From contig CAVYEN010000002.1 of the NCBI GenBank assembly GCA_963767725.1, positions 388,309-452,308 on the forward strand: a DNA stretch of 64,000 nucleotides, given 5' to 3'. The position numbers and the translations under genes are program-made. The notes beneath the pieces were generated by a model, which was given only the letters and a program-made list of their open reading frames with translations, was not told where the DNA came from and ran no database searches. How positions within the stretch are numbered: position 1 is the first letter of the stretch; each line of letters starts with the position of its first letter. Below are positions 49,986 to 64,000 of the stretch, piece after piece. The stretch is from Vulcanimicrobiota bacterium. GTDB lineage: Bacteria; Vulcanimicrobiota; Vulcanimicrobiia; Vulcanimicrobiales; Vulcanimicrobiaceae.

Positions 49986-50645
49986 CTATTGCCCCTCTGG
50001 AGCGGTCTGCTCCGCCTGACCGATGACTTCGGGCTCCGCGACCGCTTCGGCCGGCGCGGCCGCCTCTTCGAGCTCGCGCGCCGTGCGCGACGCCTCGATG
50101 GCGACGACGATCGTTTCCGGTGCGGTGAGCAATCGAAAACCCTCCGGCAGCACGATGTCGCCGGCGGAAATGTGATCGTGAATATCCAGCTGCGTCACGT
50201 CGACCTCGAGGTGCTCGGGAATCCGGCTTGCCGGACCCTCGACCTCGAGCTCGTGAGTGATGACGTCCATGACCGCGCCCGAATTTCGAACGCCCGCCGC
50301 CACGCCGACCGTTACGATCGCAAGTCGCGCGTCGATCGTTTCGTCGGCTGAAACCCTCTGAAGATCGGCGTGGATCAGCCGGCGCGAAACCGGGTGGCGG
50401 GCGATCGCGCGCACTAGCGCGGTTTGCCGCTTGCGGCCGCCCTCGGTGAGCGTCAGGATCGCGTTGCGCCCGGCGCGATGCACCATCTCTTCGAAGGCAT
50501 GCGCGTCGACGGCGATGTGCTCGGGAACGGCTCCATGGCCGTAAAGTACCGCCGGAAGCTTGCCGGCCGTTCGCAGCGCCTTGGCGCCGCCCGTGCCAAG
50601 CCTCGCTCGCTGTTCGACGGAGAGGTTGAACTCTTTACTGGCCAC
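49986..50645 (-). CDS. rplY: 50S ribosomal protein L25 / general stress protein Ctc (long form)
   Basis: 219 aa: RTAGKLPAVLYGHG...HADLQRV, with an acidic C-terminal tail. Confidence 0.93.
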   Translation of the reverse strand: MASKEFNLSVEQRARLGTGGAKALRTAGKLPAVLYGHGAVPEHIAVDAHAFEEMVHRAGRNAILTLTEGGRKRQTALVRAIARHPVSRRLIHADLQRVSADETIDARLAIVTVGVAAGVRNSGAVMDVITHELEVEGPASRIPEHLEVDVTQLDIHDHISAGDIVLPEGFRLLTAPETIVVAIEASRTARELEEAAAPAEAVAEPEVIGQAEQTAPEGQ

Positions 50646-50668
50646 GGCTTCCTTTATAAGCGAAGTCG

Positions 50669-51703
50669 CTAGAAGGCTGCAACCGCTTCAGCCGCAATGC
50701 TAAAAGGGTTCTCGGGCGGCTCCCCTGTGAAGAGTTCGGAGACCGACCGATTCGTCGTTATGCGGTTGATCGCGTCGGCGAAGATTTGCGCGATCGAAAG
50801 TTGGACGAACTTCGGATGCTTCGCGCCGTCCTCGAACGGAACCGTATTTGTGAAGAGAACCTTCTCAATCGCGGACTGTTCGAGCACCTCGACCGCCTCG
50901 CCGGCGAAAATGCCATGAGAAGCGACGGTGTAGACGCGCGTCGCACCACGCGATTTGATCGCCTCTGCCGCCTTAGCGAGCGTTCCGCCCGTCGAGATCA
51001 TATCGTCAACGACTACCGCGACCCGTCCGTCGACATCTCCGACGATGTCCGTTACTTCTGCGACGTCGGGTTCTGGACGCCGCTTAAAGACGATCGCCAG
51101 CAAGCTATTGAGGCGCTTTGCGAAGATCTCCGCCCGGTGAACGCCGCCGGCGTCCGGAGAAACGACGACGATCTTGTCATCGCAGAGCCCTTCCTTCTTG
51201 AGGTAGTTGCAGAGCACCGGTATCGCCATCAGGTTGTCGACCGGTATGTCGAAGAAGCCTTGAATCTGCGCGGCGTGAAGATCCATCGTGACGATGCGGC
51301 GCGCGCCGGCGACTTTGAGGACGTTTGCAATCACCTTGGCCGAGATCGGCTCGCGGCCTTTGGTCTTCTTATCCTGTTTTGCGTATCCATAGTAGGGAAT
51401 CACCGCGGTGATACGAGCGGCCGAGGCTCGGCGCAGCGCGTCGATCATCAGCAGCAACTCCATCACCGCGTCGTTGACGCCTTTACCGTTGGGCGCTCGG
51501 CAAATCGACTGCACCACGAAAACTTCGGAGCCGCGCACGTTCTCGCCGATCTCGACCCGCGTCTCTTCATTTCTGAATTCCGAGACGAGTGCTTTGCCGA
51601 CGTGGAGGCGTAGGCGCTTGGCTATCTCTTCCGCCAACTGCGGATTAGAGTTTCCGCAAAAGAGAAGCGGCTGTTGGGTCATGGCCAGTTGGTCGTTCGC
51701 CAT
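50669..51703 (-). CDS. prs: Ribose-phosphate pyrophosphokinase
   Basis: Runs from ATG 51703 (MANDQLAMTQQPLLFCGNSNPQLAEEIA), which has GAGGG 13 nt upstream. PRPP-binding loop VVDDMISTGGT. Confidence 0.95.
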   Translation of the reverse strand: MANDQLAMTQQPLLFCGNSNPQLAEEIAKRLRLHVGKALVSEFRNEETRVEIGENVRGSEVFVVQSICRAPNGKGVNDAVMELLLMIDALRRASAARITAVIPYYGYAKQDKKTKGREPISAKVIANVLKVAGARRIVTMDLHAAQIQGFFDIPVDNLMAIPVLCNYLKKEGLCDDKIVVVSPDAGGVHRAEIFAKRLNSLLAIVFKRRPEPDVAEVTDIVGDVDGRVAVVVDDMISTGGTLAKAAEAIKSRGATRVYTVASHGIFAGEAVEVLEQSAIEKVLFTNTVPFEDGAKHPKFVQLSIAQIFADAINRITTNRSVSELFTGEPPENPFSIAAEAVAAF

Positions 51704-51742
51704 TGAATCGTTCGGCCCTCGGAGGTTGTTTGGGGGAAGGCA

Positions 51743-53788
51743 GTGGCACAAGAGTTCAAGCTAGTTTCGCCCTTTGCGCTGGCGGGCGATCAACCCAAAG
51801 CGACGGAATCGTTGGCTCGAGGCGTGCTGCGGGGCGACCGCGCTGAGACGTTGCTGGGCGTCACCGGCAGCGGAAAAACTATGGCGATGGCGAGGGCCAT
51901 CGAGCTCGTGCGGAAGCCGACCCTGGTGCTCTGTCATAATAAAACCCTCGCCGCCCAGCTCTGTGCCGAATTCCGGGAGTTCTTTCCGAAGAACGCCGTC
52001 GAGTATTTCGTGTCGTACTTTGACTACTATCAGCCCGAAGCGTACGTGCCGTCGACGGACACGTATATCGAGAAGGATAGCTCGATCAACGACGAGATCG
52101 AGCGACTGCGTCATTCGGCGACGCAATCGCTGCTGACGCGCCGCGACACGCTGATCGTCGCATCGGTCTCCTGTATCTTTGGTTTGGGCTCCCCGTCCGA
52201 CTACGTGGAGATGTCGATGCGTTTGCGCATCGGCGACGAGCTGGACCGTGACGTCTTGCTGCGCAAGCTCGTCGACATGCAGTACCGGCGCAACGATTTG
52301 AATTTGGTGCGAGGAACGTTCCGGGTGCGCGGTGACACCCTCGAGTTCGTAGGCGTCGAGGAGGAGCTCGTGCATCGCATCGAGTTCTTCGGCGACCGGA
52401 TCGAAGCCATCGACGTCGTCAACATGCTGACGGGCGAATACCTCGAGCGCAAAGACGAGCTCACGATCTTCCCCGCCAAGCATTTCATCACGCCCGAAGA
52501 GAAGCTGCGCCGCGCAATCATCTCGATCGAGGCCGAGCTGGAAGATCGCCTCGCCTATTTCCGGCGCCGGGGTAAGCTGCTCGAAGCGCAACGTTTGGAA
52601 ATGAGAACGCGCTACGATCTCGACATGCTGCGAGAAGTCGGCTACTGCAACGGCATCGAGAACTATTCGCGCCATCTAACTGGCCGCGAGCCCGGCTCGA
52701 CGCCCTGGTGTCTGATCGACTTCTTCCCCAAAGACTGGCTGCTCTTCGTCGATGAGTCGCACGTCACGCTTCCGCAAGTCCACGGCATGTTTGCGGGGGA
52801 TCGCTCGCGTAAAGAGGTCCTCGTCGAGCACGGTTTTCGCCTGCCCAGCGCTCTGGATAACCGCCCCCTGACCTACGACGAGTTCGACGAGCACATCGCG
52901 CAGGTCGTCTACGTCTCGGCGACGCCGGGCACATACGAGATCGATCGCAGTTCGCAGGTCGTCGAAATGATCATTCGTCCGACCGGATTGGTCGATCCCG
53001 AAGTCGAGGTTCGCCCCACGCGCAATCAGGTCGACGATCTCATGGAAGAGATCGCGCAGCGCGCCGCGCGCAAGGAGCGCGTCCTCGTGACGACGCTCAC
53101 CAAGAAGATGGCCGAGGACCTCACCGACTTCTTGCTCGAGAACGGACTGCGGGTGCGTTATCTTCACAGCGAGATCGACACGCTGGAGCGCGTCGCCATA
53201 CTGCGCGATCTGCGTGCCGGCGTCTTCGACGTTTTAGTGGGAATCAATCTCCTGCGCGAAGGCCTCGACCTTCCCGAGGTCTCGCTTGTCGGCATCCTCG
53301 ATGCCGACAAAGAAGGATATTTACGAAGCGGGACTTCCCTGATTCAGACGATCGGGCGCGCGTCGCGCAACGTTGAGGGGAAAGTCATTATGTATGCCGA
53401 CGTCGTTACCGAATCGATGGCGCGTGCAATCGGTGAAACGCGCCGCCGGCGCGAGATGCAACTGGCGTACAATCAGGAGCACGGCATCGAACCAAAATCG
53501 GTCCGCAAGGAAATTCACGACATCCTCAACATGGTCGGGGCGACCGAGGAGAACGCGGCGAAGCTGCGGCTGGATCGGATTCCGCGCGACGTCGCCACGA
53601 AGATGGCGCGGGATTTGGAGCGCAAGATGCGCGACGCCGCGGCCGGCCTCGAGTTCGAGAAGGCGGCGGCTTTGCGCGACGAGCTTATCGAGCTGCGAAA
53701 GCAGATCGGAGGCAATGAGAGCATTCTCTTCGGAGGAAAGGCTCCGAAGATCTTCGACAAGGCTCTGGCCGAACTCGTCGAATCTTAG
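51743..53788 (+). CDS. uvrB: Excinuclease ABC subunit B
   Basis: 681 aa: [14 protein letters not shown], and a C-terminal UVR domain ([13 protein letters not shown]). Confidence 0.98.
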   Translation: MAQEFKLVSPFALAGDQPKATESLARGVLRGDRAETLLGVTGSGKTMAMARAIELVRKPTLVLCHNKTLAAQLCAEFREFFPKNAVEYFVSYFDYYQPEAYVPSTDTYIEKDSSINDEIERLRHSATQSLLTRRDTLIVASVSCIFGLGSPSDYVEMSMRLRIGDELDRDVLLRKLVDMQYRRNDLNLVRGTFRVRGDTLEFVGVEEELVHRIEFFGDRIEAIDVVNMLTGEYLERKDELTIFPAKHFITPEEKLRRAIISIEAELEDRLAYFRRRGKLLEAQRLEMRTRYDLDMLREVGYCNGIENYSRHLTGREPGSTPWCLIDFFPKDWLLFVDESHVTLPQVHGMFAGDRSRKEVLVEHGFRLPSALDNRPLTYDEFDEHIAQVVYVSATPGTYEIDRSSQVVEMIIRPTGLVDPEVEVRPTRNQVDDLMEEIAQRAARKERVLVTTLTKKMAEDLTDFLLENGLRVRYLHSEIDTLERVAILRDLRAGVFDVLVGINLLREGLDLPEVSLVGILDADKEGYLRSGTSLIQTIGRASRNVEGKVIMYADVVTESMARAIGETRRRREMQLAYNQEHGIEPKSVRKEIHDILNMVGATEENAAKLRLDRIPRDVATKMARDLERKMRDAAAGLEFEKAAALRDELIELRKQIGGNESILFGGKAPKIFDKALAELVES

Positions 53789-53794
53789 CCGTCC

Positions 53795-54610
53795 GTGGGG
53801 ATCTTTGCGCCCATCGGCGTTTTGACGCACACGATCGTTGACATTAAGGGACTGATCGCCGAGATGCTGGTGGTCGCCGCGGTTGTGGGCTGCTTCGTCG
53901 TGATTCATGCGCTTTTGCAGCGGCGGCTCAGGACCGAAGTGTTGCGCCGCCACAACGACGTGGCGGGCTATCTTTTCTCGGCGGTCGGCGTGCTCTACGC
54001 GGTGGTACTCGGCTTCGTGGTCGTGGTCGTTTGGCAGAAGTACGATGACGCAGTACGAAATGTTGAAAGCGAAGTCGATGCAACGGGCAATCTCTACCAC
54101 GTTGTCGACGCCTTCCCGCCGGCCACGCGCTTGCGAATCCGCAGCAATCTCCTTGCCTACGGGCGGACCGTCGTTCGTATCGAATGGCCCGCAATGGAAA
54201 AAAACATGGAAATTCCGGAGCGAGGCTCTGCGCTGCTCGAACAAACTTCCTACCAGATCGACACGTTTGCGCCTGCCAACCTCAAGGAATTTGCCGCCCA
54301 GCAAGCCGCGATCGCCGACGAGCAGCGCCTCTTTGACGCTCGGCGCGCCCGTTTGATTCAAAGTATGCCCGCCGTTCCGTCGGTGCTTTGGTTCGCGCTG
54401 ATCTCCGGGGCGCTCGCCATGGTTGCGTTCTGCTACATCTTTGGCGTCGAGAACCGGCCGGCGCAGCTCGTCATGACCGCCATTTTGGTCGGTTTCATTG
54501 GGATACTTTTCATCGTCATTGATGAATTCTCGACGCCATTTTCGGGGTCGGTTTTCATCTCGTCGGACGGCTGGTCGTACCTTCTGCAGCGTCTGCCGGA
54601 TATTCGATAG
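53795..54610 (+). CDS. DUF4239-like membrane protein
   Basis: 271 aa with 2 N-terminal and 2 C-terminal TM helices flanking a helical soluble region. The family assignment is from memory only. Confidence 0.55.
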   Translation: MGIFAPIGVLTHTIVDIKGLIAEMLVVAAVVGCFVVIHALLQRRLRTEVLRRHNDVAGYLFSAVGVLYAVVLGFVVVVVWQKYDDAVRNVESEVDATGNLYHVVDAFPPATRLRIRSNLLAYGRTVVRIEWPAMEKNMEIPERGSALLEQTSYQIDTFAPANLKEFAAQQAAIADEQRLFDARRARLIQSMPAVPSVLWFALISGALAMVAFCYIFGVENRPAQLVMTAILVGFIGILFIVIDEFSTPFSGSVFISSDGWSYLLQRLPDIR

Positions 54611-54633
54611 AAGGTAGGCAAAAGGAGGTCACC

Positions 54634-55095
54634 ATGTTCCGAAGGGTCCTCGGTCTGTTCATCCTGACGCTTTGGGCGAGCGTTCCGCTTTACGCATTCG
54701 CCCAAGAGCCGCCGCCGGAGGGCGCCCCGCAAGCGGGTAATCCCTACGCCCAGCCATATGCGCCGGCTGCAACGAACACGTCGGCGCCGAATCCGGCGAT
54801 GCTTGCGCGAGCCAAAAGAGTCTTTGCTCAGCTTCAGGCAGGGGAAATCGACCGCTCTGCGCTGGCGACTGGTGCCAACGCGAACTTCAGCGAGACGACG
54901 ATTGCCAGCGCCCAGAAGATGGTTGGAAGTCTGGGCAAGCCCGTGAGTTTCGTCCAACAACAGGCCACGACGCAAGGCGGCGTCTCGGCTGCGATCTACA
55001 CGGTAACGTTCAAGAACGGCCGGAAAGTCGATTTTCTCTTCGCGCTGGACAGCCAAGGGAAGATCGCGGGCCTGAGCCTCGGCACGCCCCGTTAG
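54634..55095 (+). CDS. Secreted hypothetical protein
   Basis: AAAGGAGG lies 6 nt before the ATG. Signal peptide MFRRVLGLFILTLWASVPLYAFA followed by a Pro-rich linker. Confidence 0.55.
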   Translation: MFRRVLGLFILTLWASVPLYAFAQEPPPEGAPQAGNPYAQPYAPAATNTSAPNPAMLARAKRVFAQLQAGEIDRSALATGANANFSETTIASAQKMVGSLGKPVSFVQQQATTQGGVSAAIYTVTFKNGRKVDFLFALDSQGKIAGLSLGTPR

Positions 55096-55116
55096 TGGGC
55101 GTTACAGGCCACTAGC

Positions 55117-55848
55117 GTGCGCCGTCTCGATGTCGTCTTGTTCGATTTGGACGATACGCTTCACGACGACACCTACGCGTATCACAACGCCGCCGAGCAG
55201 GTTGCCCGCGAAGTCGCCGCCGAGCATGGCATCGACGCGCTCGCGCTCAAAGCCGCATACATCGCCGAGGCGGAAGGTTTTTGGACGCGATTATCCGTCG
55301 ACGACCTGAAGCTCAAGCTGGCCAGCATTCGCGCCAGCATGTGGCAGACGGCATTAGAGAGCGTCGGCGTGGGCGGCGATCCCGAGCTAGCGCAACGCAG
55401 CGCCGAGCGCTATGACGAGTATCGCGTGAAATACTTCACGCTCTTTCCCGGTGCGATCGATCTTTTGCGCTCCCTGCGGGCACGGGGTATGAAGCTCGGC
55501 ATCGTCACCAACGGCCTCTCTGAAACTCATCGTGAGAAGATTGCGGTGCTGCAGATCGGCGAGTACTTCGATGCTGTATTTCTCGCCGACGAAGTCGGGA
55601 TGGTAAAACCCGATCCGCTGCTTTTCGCGCACGCTTGCCGCACGCTGGGCGCCGGGTCGGCCCACGGGGCGATGGTAGGCGATCGCTACGAACGCGACGT
55701 TGCCGGGGCGCTCGCGGCGGGCCTCTTTACGATTTGGCTCAACGTACGCGGCGAGGAGCTGCCGCTCGGCGCCGCGCCTCCCGACGCGACCTGCAGCTCG
55801 ATAGCGCAAGCCGCCCGCATACTTCTCGAGCCCGCTGGGGTTCCTTAG
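55117..55848 (+). CDS. HAD-superfamily hydrolase (subfamily IA)
   Basis: Motif I LFDLDDTL, motif II VTNG, motif IV GDRYERD. Confidence 0.85.
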   Translation: MRRLDVVLFDLDDTLHDDTYAYHNAAEQVAREVAAEHGIDALALKAAYIAEAEGFWTRLSVDDLKLKLASIRASMWQTALESVGVGGDPELAQRSAERYDEYRVKYFTLFPGAIDLLRSLRARGMKLGIVTNGLSETHREKIAVLQIGEYFDAVFLADEVGMVKPDPLLFAHACRTLGAGSAHGAMVGDRYERDVAGALAAGLFTIWLNVRGEELPLGAAPPDATCSSIAQAARILLEPAGVP

Positions 55849-55850
55849 AC

Positions 55851-61846
<5,996 letters not shown>

Positions 61847-61934
61847 CCGGTTCTCGTACCCAGTTCGGGGCAGACCTAAAGGTACGCGCCGGCGGCTCGG
61901 CGTAAGGCGAGGCGCGCATGACTCGGAACAGGCG

Positions 61935-63263
61935 ATGACGCAAATCTCAGTCCGCGTCGTGCCGGCCGACGTGCTGACTCCCATTGGCGCGTATAGTGCG
62001 CTCGCCCAGCCCCGGGCGTCATGCCTTCTCGAGAGCGTCGAGAGCGGCGGGCGCATCTCACGATACTCGTTTATCGGCCTCGATTATCGCGCGGTCGCGG
62101 ATTTCGATTCAAGCGATGAGCTCTACGATCGGGTACGCGCCTTCATCGATTCGCATCGCACGACCGACCGGGGCGGAAATTTGGGCGGCGCGCTCCTCGC
62201 CTTCTCGTACGATGCCGCGCGCGTTCAAGCACGGCTTGCGCCGCGCGCCTCGTCGGTGCCGGAAATGCCCGCGGCCTATGTTGCCGTTCCTGCAACGTGG
62301 CTGATCTTCGATCATTTCACTCATCAGTTGACGATTTGGTGCAGCGATGGCAATATCACGCAACGCGAGCGTCGCATCGACGGCTACGTCGAGCGATTGC
62401 TGGCGGCAAAGCCGGCGTTACCCGGCGCGCTCGCGGCTCTGGGACGAATGAATGATTCGATCGATCGGGATCGCTTCTTGTCGCTGGTGGCAGAAGTCAA
62501 GCGCCGCATCTTCGAAGGGGACGTTTACCAGCTGCAGCTAGGCATTCGCTTTGGGGCCCAACTCGCGGGAAACGCTTTCGATCTCTACCGCGCGCTGCGT
62601 CGCGAGAATCCGTCGCCGTACATGTTTTTCGTCGACACGCCGTTCGGCGAGTTGCTGGGTGCCTCGCCGGAGTTTCTCGTGCGTCTGGAGGGACGTAAAG
62701 CGCGGATTCGCCCTCTCGCCGGAACGCGATGGCGAGGCATCGACGACGACGAAGACGCCCGCATTGAGGCCGAATTACTCACCAACGAGAAAGAGCGCGC
62801 CGAGCACGTCATGCTCGTCGACCTCGGCCGAAACGATCTCGGTTCGGTTTGCGAATACGGCAGCGTACAGGTCGACGAGCTTCTCCAGATCGAGCGATAC
62901 AGTCACGTAATGCACATCGTCTCCAACGTGATCGGGCGGCTGCGAGAGGATTGCGACGCGCTCGATCTCTTTCGCGCCGGATTCCCGGCGGGCACCGTAA
63001 CCGGAACGCCGAAGATTCGCGCCATGCAGCTCATCGACGGTTACGAGCCCGTCACGCGCGGCTTCTACGCCGGCAGCATCGGGCGCTGGTCGTTCGGCGG
63101 CGATTTCGACTCTTGCATTACGCTACGCAGCGTCCACGTGCGGGATGGTCAAGCCTGGTGGCAGGCGTCGGCCGGAATCGTCGCCGATTCCGATCCAGTT
63201 GCCGAATACGAAGAAGTCTTCCACAAAACGCGCATCGCCCGTCAGGTGCTGGGCATACCGTGA
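61935..63263 (+). CDS. trpE: Anthranilate synthase component I
   Basis: Runs from ATG 61935 (MTQISVRVVPADVLTPIGAY, LLESVE...); C-terminal chorismate-binding motifs (GTPKIRAMQLI, GFYAGSIG). Confidence 0.93.
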   Translation: MTQISVRVVPADVLTPIGAYSALAQPRASCLLESVESGGRISRYSFIGLDYRAVADFDSSDELYDRVRAFIDSHRTTDRGGNLGGALLAFSYDAARVQARLAPRASSVPEMPAAYVAVPATWLIFDHFTHQLTIWCSDGNITQRERRIDGYVERLLAAKPALPGALAALGRMNDSIDRDRFLSLVAEVKRRIFEGDVYQLQLGIRFGAQLAGNAFDLYRALRRENPSPYMFFVDTPFGELLGASPEFLVRLEGRKARIRPLAGTRWRGIDDDEDARIEAELLTNEKERAEHVMLVDLGRNDLGSVCEYGSVQVDELLQIERYSHVMHIVSNVIGRLREDCDALDLFRAGFPAGTVTGTPKIRAMQLIDGYEPVTRGFYAGSIGRWSFGGDFDSCITLRSVHVRDGQAWWQASAGIVADSDPVAEYEEVFHKTRIARQVLGIP

Positions 63264-63845
63264 CGCCGCGCATACTCTTCGTCGACAACTTCGACAGCTT
63301 CAGCTACAACGTCGTGCATCTGCTGGCATCGGCAGGCGCCGCTCCAGAGGTATTGCTCAACGACAATGCGCGGCTGGTGCCTGCATCGCTCGAAAATTAC
63401 GACGCACTGGTGGTTGGACCCGGGCCGGGCAGGCCCGAACACGCGCCGCAGATGATGACGGTGCTGCGCGCTGCGATCGATCGCAAGATGCCGGTCTTAG
63501 GCGTCTGTCTGGGTTTGCAAGCGATTGGTGAAACCCTGGGAGCGACGGTGATCCATGCGCCGAGGCTGATGCACGGCAAGAGCTCGCGCATCGCACACGA
63601 GGGCAATGGCCTGTTCGCCGGGTTGCCTATGCCGATCTCGGCGACCCGCTATCACTCGCTCTGCCTGGACCCGGCGACCGTTCCTGCACGAGCTGCACGT
63701 GAACGCGCGCAGCGACGACGGCGTCGTGCAAGGCATCGCGCATCGCGATCGTCCGGTACACGCAGTGCAGTTTCACCCGGAATCCGTTTTGAGCGATCAC
63801 GGCAAGCAGATCGTCGAAAACTTCCTCTCCTTAGTGTCGTCCTGA
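63260..63845 (+). pseudogene. trpG: Anthranilate synthase component II (glutamine amidotransferase), one frame break
   Basis: GTG at 63260 overlaps the trpE TGA (GTGA); ILFVDNFDSFSYN, GVCLGLQ. After [13 protein letters not shown] the conserved [18 protein letters not shown]...VQFHPES is in the frame of ORF 63606..63845. The switch is near 63686. Confidence 0.9.
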
Positions 63846-63858
63846 GCGAAGTCAAAGG

Positions 63859-64000
63859 ATGATCGAGTTCGCGCCATTGTTGCGACGCGTCGTCGCAGGG
63901 GAGAATATCTCCCAAGACGAGGCCGCCTCGTTCGTCGGGGAGATCATGGATGGCAACTACACGCCGGCGCAGGCATCGGGTCTGCTCGTCGCGCTTGCGT
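63859..64000 (+). CDS. trpD: Anthranilate phosphoribosyltransferase, N-terminal fragment (3' end outside the window)
   Basis: The ATG at 63859 follows AAAGGA. MIEFAPLLRRVVAGENISQDEAASFVGEIMDGNYTPAQASGLLVALA is a typical TrpD N-terminus. The frame is open to the window end. Confidence 0.85.
   Translation, partial: MIEFAPLLRRVVAGENISQDEAASFVGEIMDGNYTPAQASGLLVALA

Noticed and set aside
51704-51742. SOS box (LexA/Cheo box) between prs and uvrB
   Set aside because: GAATCGTTCG does not fit GAAC-N4-GTTC or CTGT-N8-ACAG spacing, and no palindrome of adequate quality is present.
61847-61934. trp leader peptide or attenuator upstream of trpE
   Set aside because: The only small ORF (MTRNRR, overlapping the trpE ATG) has no Trp codons. 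The GC hairpins are not followed by a U-tract.

Overview
This is a GC-rich bacterial chromosomal segment that is almost entirely housekeeping. In order it holds: hisA (3' end), alr, CIRCE-controlled groES-groEL, korAB (2-oxoacid:ferredoxin oxidoreductase), cobB sirtuin, an APC permease, CIRCE-preceded hsp20-lon, selD head-to-head with a class-V aminotransferase, and pheS-pheT-cvpA behind a structured leader. It continues with a TrmH-family methyltransferase, NUDIX, a serine hydrolase, infC-rpmI-rplT, rocD, and a GT39 glycosyltransferase plus a decayed paralog that together flank tag and a STAS/anti-sigma-kinase pair. After that come aceA-aceB, a GH125 / tricorn protease / DUF2723 operon, meaB plus a split methylmalonyl-CoA mutase, gltX, glmU, prs-rplY-pth, uvrB ... 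uvrA-ligA, an SDR and trpE-trpG-trpD. I saw no rRNA, tRNA, CRISPR array, transposase, integrase or recognisable defence island. The most striking property is about 25 frame disruptions inside conserved genes, including ligA, gltX and uvrA. These look more like assembly indels than biology, except in the GT39 remnant. I did not find a convincing self-contained novel system. The best second-look candidates are the GH125-tricorn-DUF2723 operon within a mannose/GT-C rich neighbourhood, a terminator-containing pheS leader with a uORF, a CIRCE operator in front of hsp20-lon, an orphan selD, and several head-to-head or antisense-overlapping gene starts. All coordinates come from manual reading of the sequence and ORF track. 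Start codons and frameshift positions are approximate where stated.
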